From the NCBI GenBank assembly GCA_964016885.1, contig OZ024759.1:19840001-19904000 (forward strand): a DNA stretch of 64,000 nucleotides, read 5' to 3'. The notes under the pieces are model-generated. The model was not told the origin of the DNA and ran no database searches. It worked only from the letters and a program-made list of their open reading frames with translations. Every line of letters begins with the position of its first letter. Positions within the stretch are counted from its first letter, which is position 1. Positions 53,042 through 64,000 of the stretch are shown here, piece after piece. The translations under genes and the position numbers were made by a program. Origin of the DNA: Eledone cirrhosa (lineage: Eukaryota).

Positions 53042-53206
53042 GGATAGATAGATAGAGAGGTAGATAGAGAGGTGTAGATAGATAGATAGAGAGGTGTAGA
53101 TAGATAGAGAGGTAGATAGAGAGGTGTCGATAGAGATGTGTAAATAGATAGATAGAGAGGTGTATATAGATAGATAGAGAGGTGTAGATAGATAGATAGA
53201 GAGGTG

Positions 53207-53242
<36 letters not shown>

Positions 53243-54010
53243 GAGGTGTAGATAGATAGATAGAGAGGTGTAGATAGGTAGATAGAGAGGTGTAGATAGA
53301 TAGATAGAGAGGTAGATAGAGAGGTAGATAGAGAGGTGTAGATAGATAGATAGAGAGGTGTAGATAGATAGATAGATAGATAGAGAGGTGTAGATAGATA
53401 GATAGAGAGGTGTAGATAGATAGATAGAGAGGTGTAGATAGATAGATAGAGAGGTGTAGATAGATAGATAGAGAGGTGTAGATAGGTAGATAGAGAGGTG
53501 TAGATAGATAGATAGAGAGGTGTAGATAGATAGATAGAGAGGTGTAGATAGATAGATAGAGAGGTAGATAGAGAGGTGTAGATAGATAGATAGATAGAGA
53601 GGTGTAGATAGATAGATAGAGAGGTAGATAGAGAGGTGTAGATAGATAGATAGAGAGGTAGATAGATAGAGAGGTGTAGATAGATAGATAGAGAGGTGTA
53701 GATAGGTAGATAGAGAGGTGTAGATAGATAGATAGAGAGGTGTAGATAGATAGATAGAGAGGTAGATAGAGAGGTGTAGATAGATAGATAGAGAGGTGTA
53801 GATAGATAGATAGAGAGGTGTAGATAGATAGATAGAGAGGTAGATAGAGAGGTGTAGATAGTAGATAGAGAGGTTGATAGATAGATAGAGAGTGTAGATA
53901 GATAGATAGAGAGGTAGATAGAGAGTAGATAGATAGAAGAGGTGTAGATAGATAGAGAGGTTAGTAGATAGATAGAAAGATAGAAGATAGAGATAGATAG
54001 TATAAGATAG
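53042..54010. repeat. (GATA)n with GAGAGGTGTA interruptions
   Basis: Direct inspection. Confidence 0.9.
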
Positions 54011-54529
54011 ATATATTGATAGGGAGGGTTAAATAGATTGATAGAGTGGTTTTAGATAGATGAGTGGTGGTGTAGTGTATAGATAGGGTAGATATTAGAG
54101 GGGTAATAGATAGTGTAGTGGTAGATTGTGAGATTGATAGTGAGGGGTAGTAGATAGATAGTGGTAGTGTAGTGTTGGATGTTGATAGTAGGTAGGTTGT
54201 GTGATAGATGATGTGTGAGTTGTTATTAGATAGTAGATAGATATTTAGTTTTATTATATATAGAGATATATATAGATAGGTATATATATATATATATATA
54301 TTAGTATATTAGATAGATAGGTATATATATTATATATAGATAGGTATAGGTATATATATGCAGGTGTATATAGATAATGGAAGGATAGGAAAATGGAAAG
54401 CTAGATAAGTATGTATGTAAACATATATACATACAAATATATATATATACATACAAATATATATATATATACATACAAATATATATATATACATATAAAT
54501 ATATATACATACAAATATATAAATATAAA

Positions 54530-54856
54530 TCATCATCATCATCATTTACATGTGCTTTTCCCTGCTTGCAAGGGTGGGACGGGAACTGATCCTGGCCTAA
54601 TTTCTACGGCTGGATGCCCTTCCTAACACCAACCTCATTTACAGTGAGTGCTGGGTGCTTTTTTTTTGCCGTGGCACCTCCACGACCACTTTGCAGTGGA
54701 ATGATAGGGACCCCAGTCCCTATCATCTCATTTCTACAGCTGAGTAAACTGGAGCAATGTGAAATAAAGTGTCTTGCTAAAGGAAACAAACATCACCCGT
54801 GTCTGAGAATTGAACTCACAACCTTTCGATTGCAAGGCCAATGCTCTAACCACTAA
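54530..54856 (-). mobile_element. SINE family B, near full length
   Basis: Reverse complement of 41453-41850. Confidence 0.9.
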
Positions 54857-55345
54857 TATATATACATACAAATATATATATATATACATATAAATATATA
54901 TGCATACAAATATATATATATACATACAAATATATATATATATATATAATATATATACATACAAATATATATATATACATATATAATATATATGCATACA
55001 AATATATATATATACACATAAATACATACAAATAAATATATATATATATATATAATATATATACATACAAATATATATATATATAAATATATATACATAC
55101 AAATATATATATATATATAAATATAAATTATATATGCATACAAATATATATATATATATACACACATTTATGTAGACACACACATATATATATACACACA
55201 TATTTATATATATACAAGCAGGGAAGAGCGGACGTTAAATGATGATGATGATATATATACATATATTATATATATATACATACAATGATATTAACTATAT
55301 TTATAAAATATATGATAAAATATATATATACATATATATATTCAC

Positions 55346-55378
<33 letters not shown>

Positions 55379-56128
55379 CACACATATATATTATATATAT
55401 ATATATACATGTAAAACACACATATATATATATATATATATATACATGTAAATATATATATATACAGAGAGAAAGAGAGAGAAAGAAGCTGCATCCCTGC
55501 ATTTGCATGTTTGTGTGCATGCACGCACATGCTTTTGTTTGCGTGTATATATGCATGTTAGTGTGTTTGGATGTGTATATGTGCATGCATGTATTTCTGT
55601 ATGTGTGTGTATATATGTCTGTGTGTACACGTGTGTATGTATGTATATGTTTGTATATATATATATATGTCTGTGTGTGTATATATGTATATATATATGT
55701 ACATGTGTGTGTGTATATATGTGTATATATGTACATGTGTGTGTGTATATATGTATATATATATATGTACATGTGTGTGTATATATATATATAAATATAT
55801 ATATGTACGTTTGTGTATATATGTATATAAATGTACATGTGTGTGTATATATGTATATATATGTACATATGTGTGTATATATGTATATGTACATGTGTGT
55901 GTATATACGTATATATATGTACATGTGTGTGTATATATGTATATATATATATGTACATGTGTGTGTATGTATATATATGTACATGTCTGTGTATATATGT
56001 ATATATATGTACATGTGTGTGTATATATGTATATATATATATATGTACATGTTTGTGTATATATGTATATAAATATACATGTGTGTGTATATATGTATAT
56101 ATATGTATATATATGTATATATATGTAC

Positions 56129-56165
<37 letters not shown>

Positions 56166-56668
56166 TGTGTGTGTGTATATATGTATATATATGTACATGT
56201 GTGTATATATATCTATATATATGTACATGTGTGTGTATATATATCTATATATATGTACATGTATGTGTATATATGTATATATATGTACATGTGTGTGTAT
56301 ATATATCTATATATATGTACATGTATGTGTATATATCTATATATATGTACATGTATGTGTATATATGTATATATATGTACATGTATATATATATATATAT
56401 ATATATGTACATGTGTGTGTATATATATCTATATATATGTACATGTATGTGTATATATGTATATATATGTACATGTGTGTGTATATATCTATATATATGT
56501 ACATGTGTGTGTATATATCTATATATATGTACATGTGTGTGTATATATGTATATATATATATATGTACACGTGTGTGTATATATCTATATATATGTACAT
56601 GTGTGTGTATATATGTATATATATATATATATATGTACACGTGTGTGTATATATCTATATATATGTAC

Positions 56669-56705
<37 letters not shown>

Positions 56706-56715
56706 TGTGTGTGTT
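54857..56715. repeat. (TA)n/(TG)n compound microsatellite with GTACAT motif
   Basis: Direct inspection. Confidence 0.9.
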
Positions 56716-56867
56716 AGTGAGATAAGTTGCTGTGGGAAGTTGAATGTAAAAAAAGCCTCTAAGATTTCACTGATTCAGTGTTTGGGTCGGTTTGTAATGG
56801 AGGCAGCGTTGCATTCTGGGATAGCTTCTAGTTTAGCTTATTGATCAATTCCCCCTCCTACTCCACC

Positions 56868-57145
56868 TCTTACTACTACTACCACCACTGCTACTGCTGC
56901 TACTACTACTACTACTGCTACTGCTGTTACTACTACTAATGCTACTACTACTACTACTGCTGCTGCTGCTACTTCTACTAATGCTACTACTACTACTACT
57001 ACTGCTGCTGCTGCTGTTACTACTACTAATGCTACTACTACTACTACTGCTGCTACTACTACTACTGCTACTGCTGATGCTGCTGTTACTACTACTAGTG
57101 CTACTACTACTACTACTACTGCTGCTGCTGTTACTTATACTAATG

Positions 57146-57180
<35 letters not shown>

Positions 57181-57454
57181 GCTGCTGCTAATAATACTAC
57201 TGCTGCTACTATTACTTCTAATGCTACTACTACTACTAGTACTACTGCTGCTGCTACTACTACTAGTACTACTGCTGCTGCTACTACTATTACTGCTGCT
57301 GTTATTACTACTACTACTACTACTGCTGCTGCTAATAATACTACTGCTGCTACTATTACTTCTAATGCTACTACTACTACTAGTACTACTGCTGCTGCTA
57401 CTACTACTAGTACTACTGCTGCTGCTACTACTATTACTGCTGCTGTTATTACTA

Positions 57455-57489
<35 letters not shown>

Positions 57490-57610
57490 ACTACTGTTGC
57501 TGCTGCTGCTACTACTGCCGCTGCCGCCACTACTATTGCTACTACTACTACTACCACCACTGCAACTGTCACTACTACTACTACCACCACCATTACTACT
57601 ATTACTAACA
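56868..57610. repeat. (ACT/GCT)n trinucleotide repeat
   Basis: Direct inspection. Confidence 0.9.
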
Positions 57611-57729
57611 CCAGCACCACCGTCAGCAGCATCAGCACCCCCCCCATCCACACACCCTCACTCTTACCACTGCACCTGCTGCAGCAGTGAATAAGGACTG
57701 TGCCTATTTATATCTTGTAATGGCTGTTG

Positions 57730-58466
57730 GCTGTGGTGGTGGTGGTGGTGGTGGTAGTAGGGGTGACAGTGTCTGCAGTGGTGGTGGTGGTGGTGGTGGT
57801 GGTGGTGGTGGTGGTGGTGGTGGTTGTTGTTATGGTGGTGCTGGTTGTTGTTGTTGTTATGGTGGTGGTGGTGGTGGTGGTTGTTGTTGTTGTTATGGTG
57901 GTGGTGGTGGTGGTTGTTGTTATGGTGGTGGTGGTGATGATTGTTGTTGTTGTTATGGTGGTGGTGGTGGTGGTTGTTGTTATGGTGGTGGTGGTGGTGG
58001 TTGTTGTTGTTATGGTGGTGGTGGTGGTGGTGGTTGTTGTTATGGTGGTGGTGGTGGTGGTGGTTGTTGTTGTTATGGTGGTGGTGGTGGTGGTGGTGGT
58101 TGTTATGGTGGTAGTGGTGCTGGTTGTTGTTGTTGTTATGGTGGTGGTGGTGGTGGTTGTTGTTATGGTGGTGGTGGTGCTGGTTGTTGTTGTTGTTATG
58201 GTGGTGGTGGTGGTGGCGGTGGTTGTTGTTATGGTGGTGGTGGTGGTTGTTGTTATGGTGGTGGTGGTGCTGGTTGTTGTTGTTGTTATGGTGGTGGTGG
58301 TGGTGGTTGTTGTTGTTATGGTGGTGGTGGTGGTGGTGGTGGTTGTTATGGTGGTAGTGGTGCTGGTTGTTGTTGTTGTTATGGTGGTGGTGGTGGTTGT
58401 TGTTATGGTGGTGGTGGTGGTGGCAGTTGCAGCATTGTTGTCTGTGTTGTAGGTTGTTGTTGTTGT
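57730..58466. repeat. (GGT)n(TGT)nTAT compound repeat
   Basis: Direct inspection. Confidence 0.9.
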
Positions 58467-58544
58467 GAGGAAATGTTGCAGCCAAGCTCTGGATCTGAAC
58501 TTAGGTTAGTCCCAGATCCAGCCACAATTTCATACCAGTCTTTG

Positions 58545-59052
58545 CTCAACTCACTCAACCCTTCACTCATCTTCTCACTCAACCCTTCACTCATCTCTTC
58601 TCTCAACCTTCACTCATATCCTCTACTCAGCCTTCACTCATCTCTTTACTCAATCCTTCACTCAATCCTTCACTCATCTCTTCACTCAATCCTTCACTTA
58701 TCTCCTCACTCAACCTTCACTCATCTCCTCACTCAACCCTTCACTCATCTCCTCACTCAACCCTTCACTCATATCCTCACTCTACCCTTCACTCATATCC
58801 TCACTCTACCCTTCACTCATCCTCACTCTACCCTTCACTCATATCCTTACTCTCCCCTTCACTCATATCCTTACTCTACCCTTCACTCATCCCTTCTCTC
58901 AATCCTTCACTCATCTCCTCACTCAACCCTTCACTCATCTCCTCACTCATCTCCTCACTCAACGCTTCACTCATCTCCTCACTCAACTCTTCACTCAACT
59001 CTTCACTCATCTCCTCACTCAACCCTTCACTCATCTCCTCACTCAACCCTTT
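58545..59052. repeat. ~24-bp CTCACTCAACCCTTCACTCATCTC minisatellite
   Basis: Direct inspection. Confidence 0.85.
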
Positions 59053-59645
59053 GCTCAGAAATCACAGACTCAGGGTATTCTGACTTACACTCTCCATAGA
59101 CCTAAATTCATATTTCAGGCTCACAGTGAAATTCAACTTCAAACTCAGCTCATTCTTTGTCTTTGACTCGACTTTAAGCTCAAAATCAACCTCAGACCAA
59201 AACCTGACCTAAGACTCAACTCAGTCTAAGTCTCAGACTGCACCCGAGACACTAGAGCAGCTTCTAACACTCAGGCCTAGCTAAGACCCAACTTAAGACT
59301 CTGCTCATTCTTAGTCTCTGACCCAACCTTAAGTTCTAAATCAACCTCAGATAAAAAACTGACCCAAGATTCAGCTCAGTCTAAGTTTCCGATATATCTT
59401 TATACTGAAGGTCAGCCCCTGATTCAAGCTTAGCTTCAGACCAAGACCCAACCTCATGTTCAGCTCAGACTGAAGGTCAGCCTCACATGCAGCCTTAGAT
59501 TCAAGATCAGCCTGAGAAGCCCATCCAAGGTTCATTGATATCTAAGTTTTGGTTTGAACTCCAGGCTCAAAACACTGCCATCAACATCCATCAACTCAGT
59601 AGGTTCAGTTTAATTTTAATGGCTGGTACAACTCCATTAAACACA

Positions 59646-62600
59646 GTGCAATTTCAAAGGCCTTAGTGTAGCCACAGTAGAATAGGTGCAATTTCAAAGG
59701 CTTTAGTGTAGCCACAGTAGAATAGGTGCAATTTCAAAGGCTTTAGTGCAGCCACAGTAGAATAGGTGCAATTTCAAAGGCTTTAGTGTAGCCACAGTAG
59801 AATAGGTGCAATTTCAAAGGCCTTAGTGTAGCCACAGTAGAATAGGTGCAATTTCAATGGCTTTAGTGCAGCTACAGTAGAATAGGTGCAATTTCAAAGG
59901 CTTTAGTGTAGCCACAGTAGAATAGGTGCAATTTCAAAGGCTTTAGTGTAGCCACAGTAGAATAGGTGCAATTTCAAAGGCCTTAGTGTAGCCACAGTAG
60001 AATAGGTGCAATTTCAATGGCTTTAGTGTAGCCACAGTAGAATAGGTGCAATTTCAAAGGCTTTAGTGCAGCTACAGTAGAATAGGTGCAATTTCAAAGG
60101 CTTTAGTGTAGCCACAGTAGAATAGGTGCAATTTCAAAGGCCTTAGTGTAGCCACAGTAGAATAGGTGCAATTTCAAAGGCTTTAGTGCAGCCACAGTAG
60201 AATAGGTGCAATTTCAAAGGCTTTAGTGTAGCCACAGTAGAATAGGTGCAATTTCAAAGGCCTTAGTGTAGCCACAGTAGAATAGGTGCAATTTCAAAGG
60301 CTTTAGTGCAGCTACAGTAGAATAGGTGCAATTTCAAAGGCTTTAGTGTAGCCACAGTAGAATAGGTGCAATTTCAAAGGCTTTAGTGTAGCCACAGTAG
60401 AATAGGTGCAATTTCAAAGGCCTTAGTGTAGCCACAGTAGAATAGGTGCAATTTCAAAGGCTTTAGTGCAGCCACAGTAGAATAGGTGCAATTTCAAAGG
60501 CCTTAGTGTAGCCACAGTAGAATAGGTGCAATTTCAAAGGCCTTAGTGTAGCCACAGTAGAATAGGTGCAATTTCAAAGGCTTTAGTGCAGCTACAGTAG
60601 AATAGGTGCAATTTCAAAGGCTTTAGTGTAGCCACAGTAGAATAGGTGCGATTTCAAAGGCTTTAGTGTAGCCACAGTAGAATAGGTGCAATTTCAAAGG
60701 CCTTAGTGTAGCCACAGTAGAATAGGTGCAATTTCAAAGGCTTTAGTGCAGCCACAGTAGAATAGGTGCAATTTCAAAGGCCTTAGTGTAGCCACAGTAG
60801 AATAGGTGCAATTTCAAAGGCCTTAGTGTAGCCACAGTAGAATAGGTGCAATTTCAAAGGCTTTAGTGCAGCTACAGTAGAATAGGTGCAATTTCAAAGG
60901 CTTTAGTGTAGCCACAGTAGAATAGGTGCAATTTCAAAGGCCTTAGTGTAGCCACAGTAGAATAGGTGCAATTTCAAAGGCTTTAGTGTAGCCACAGTAG
61001 AATAGGTGCAATTTCAAAGGCTTTAGTGCAGCTACAGTAGAATAGGTGCAATTTCAAAGGCTTTAGTGTAGCCACAGTAGAATAGGTGCAATTTCAAAGG
61101 CCTTAGTGTAGCCACAGTAGAATAGGTGCAATTTCAAAGGCTTTAGTGCAGCTACAGTAGAATAGGTGCAATTTCAAAGGCCTTAGTGTAGCCACAGTAG
61201 AATAGGTGCAATTTCAAAGGCCTTAGTGTAGCCACAGTAGAATAGGTGCAATTTCAAAGGCTTTAGTGCAGCTACAGTAGAATAGGTGCAATTTCAAAGG
61301 CTTTAGTGTAGCCACAGTAGAATAGGTGCAATTTCAAAGGCCTTAGTGTAGCCACAGTAGAATAGGTGCAATTTCAAAGGCTTTAGTGCAGCTACAGTAG
61401 AATAGGTGCAATTTCAAAGGCCTTAGTGTAGCCACAGTAGAATAGGTGCAATTTCAAAGGCCTTAGTGTAGCCACAGTAGAATAGGTGCAATTTCAAAGG
61501 CTTTAGTGCAGCTACAGTAGAATAGGTGCAATTTCAAAGGCTTTAGTGTAGCCACAGTAGAATAGGTGCAATTTCAAAGGCCTTAGTGTAGCCACAGTAG
61601 AATAGATGCAATTTCAAAGGCTTTAGTGTAGCCACAGTAGAATAGGTGCAATTTCAAAGGCTTTAGTGCAGCTACAGTAGAATAGGTGCAATTTCAAAGG
61701 CCTTAGTGTAGCCACAGTAGAATAGGTGCAATTTCAAAGGCCTTAGTGTAGCCACAGTAGAATAGGTGCAATTTCAAAGGCTTTAGTGCAGCTACAGTAG
61801 AATAGGTGCAATTTCAAAGGCTTTAGTGTAGCCACAGTAGAATAGGTGCAATTTCAAAGGCCTTAGTGTAGCCACAGTAGAATAGGTGCAATTTCAAAGG
61901 CTTTAGTGTAGCCACAGTAGAATAGGTGCAATTTCAAAGGCTTTAGTGCAGCTACAGTAGAATAGGTGCAATTTCAAAGGCTTTAGTGTAGCCACAGTAG
62001 AATAGGTGCAATTTCAAAGGCTTTAGTGCAGCTACAGTAGAATAGGTGCAATTTCAAAGGCCTTAGTGTAGCCACAGTAGAATAGGTGCAATTTCAAAGG
62101 CTTTAGTGTAGCCACAGTAGAATAGGTGCAATTTCAAAGGCTTTAGTGCAGCTACAGTAGAATAGGTGCAATTTCAAAGGCCTTAGTGTAGCCACAGTAG
62201 AATAGGTGCAATTTCAAAGGCCTTAGTGTAGCCACAGTAGAATAGGTGCAATTTCAAAGGCTTTAGTGCAGCTACAGTAGAATAGGTGCAATTTCAAAGG
62301 CTTTAGTGTAGCCACAGTAGAATAGGTGCAATTTCAAAGGCCTTAGTGTAGCCACAGTAGAATAGGTGCAATTTCAAAGGCTTTAGTGTAGCCACAGTAG
62401 AATAGGTGCAATTTCAAAGGCCTTAGTGTAGCCACAGTAGAATAGGTGCAATTTCAAAGGCTTTAGTGCAGCTACAGTAGAATAGGTGCAATTTCAAAGG
62501 CTTTAGTGTAGCCACAGTAGAATAGGTGCAATTTCAAAGGCTTTAGTGTAGCCACAGTAGAATAGGTGCAATTTCAAAGGCCTTAGTGTAGCCACAGTAG

Positions 62601-64000
62601 AATAGGTGCAATTTCAAAGGCTTTAGTGTAGCCACAGTAGAATAGGTGCAATTTCAAAGGCTTTAGTGCAGCTACAGTAGAATAGGTGCAATTTCAAAGG
62701 CTTTAGTGCAGCTACAGTAGAATAGGTGCAATTTCAAAGGCCTTAGTGTAGCCACAGTAGAATAGGTGCAATTTCAAAGGCTTTAGTGTAGCCACAGTAG
62801 GATAGCTGCAATTTCAAAGGCTTTAGTGTAGCCACAGTAGAATAGGTGCAATTTCAAAGACTTTAGTGTAGCCACAGTAGGATAGCTGCAATTTCAAAGG
62901 CCTTAGTGTAGCCACAGTAGAATAGGTGCAATTTCAAAGGCTTTAGTGTAGCTACAGTAGAATAGGTGCAATTTCAAAGGCCTTAGTGTAGCCACAGTAG
63001 AATAGGTGCAATTTCAAAGGCTTTAGTGTAGCCACAGTAGAATAGGTGCAATTTCAAAGGCTTTAGTGCAGCCACAGTAGAATAGGTGCAATTTCAAAGG
63101 CTTTAGTGTAGCCACAGTAGAATAGGTGCAATTTCAAAGGCTTTAGTGCAGCCACAGTAGAATAGGTGCAATTTCAATGGCTTTAGTGTAGCCACAGTAG
63201 AATAGGTGCAATTTCAAAGGCTTTAGTGTAGCCACAGTAGAATAGGTGCAATTTCAAAGGCTTTAGTGTAGCCACAGTAGAATAGGTGCAATTTCAAAGG
63301 CTTTAGTGTAGCCACAGTAGAATAGGTGCAATTTCAAAGGCTTTAGTGTAGCCACAGTAGAATAGGTGCAATTTCAAAGGCTTTAGTGCAGCCACAGTAG
63401 AATAGGTGCAATTTCAAAGGCCTTAGTGTAGCCACAGTAGAATAGGTGCAATTTCAAAGGCTTTAGTGCAGCCACAGTAGGATAGGTGCAATTTCAAAGG
63501 CCTTAGTGTAGCCCCAGTAGAATAGGTGCAATTTCAAAGGCCTTAGTGTAGCCACAGTAGAATAGGTGCAATTTCAAAGGCTTTAGTGTAGCCACAGTAG
63601 AATAGGTGCAATTCCAAAGGCCTTAGTGTAGCCACAGTAGAATAGGTGCAATTTCAAAGGCTTTAGTGTAGCCACAGTAGAATAGGTGCAATTTCAAAGG
63701 CTCTAGTGTAGCCACAGTAGAATAGGTGCAATTTCAAAGGCTTTAGTGTAGCCACAGTAGAATAGGTGCAATTTCAAAGGCTTTAGTGCAGCCACAGTAG
63801 AATAGGTGCAATTTCAAAGGCTTTAGTGCAGCCACAGTAGAATAGGTGCAATTTCAAAGGCTTTAGTGTAGCCACAGTAGAATAGGTGCAATTTCAAAGG
63901 CCTTAGTGTAGCCACAGTAGAATAGGTGCAATTTCAAAGGCTTTAGTGTGGCCACAGTAGAATAGGTGCAATTTCAAAGGCTTTAGTGCAGCCACAGTAG
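59646..64000. repeat. 40-bp satellite, about 109 copies, runs off the window
   Basis: AATAGGTGCAATTTCAAAGGCYTTAGTGYAGCYACAGTAG with no spacers. Confidence 0.98.

Noticed and set aside
57687-59099. Gly/Cys/Tyr keratin-associated-like protein
   Set aside because: Almost single-codon usage (GGT/TGT/TAT), open in other frames and strand, and it runs into another minisatellite; best explained as simple repeat.
59646-64000. CRISPR-like array (also considered for the 37-, 57- and 95-bp arrays)
   Set aside because: Units are contiguous with no unique spacers, there are no cas genes, and the context is eukaryotic.

Overview
Repeat-saturated animal genomic DNA, most likely intronic sequence from an octopus or related cephalopod. 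This is inferred from the SINE families and the extreme (TA)n/(TG)n density, not proven. Nearly all long ORFs in the track are microsatellite translations. One convincing host exon is present (12791-13131, +, HEAT-repeat, HEATR4-like). The rest is: two tRNA-derived SINE families (one with a CORE-like domain and an RTE-derived tail); RTE and CR1-type LINE 3' fragments; TTAA and TA MITEs; and tandem arrays of 12, 37, 40, 57, 61, 95 and 138 bp. Two signals stand out. (1) About ten hammerhead-ribozyme motifs from at least 6 unrelated short families, mostly embedded in (TA)n and resembling Penelope-like pLTR or retrozyme remnants; the clearest is at 41885-41943. (2) A recurrent foldback architecture: several retroelement copies are palindromes whose turn sits on a putative hammerhead stem II, and two SINE insertions contain an inverted copy of their own target-site duplication plus downstream flank. 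That arrangement matches snap-back (hairpin self-primed) reverse transcription. All folds and coordinates were read by eye.
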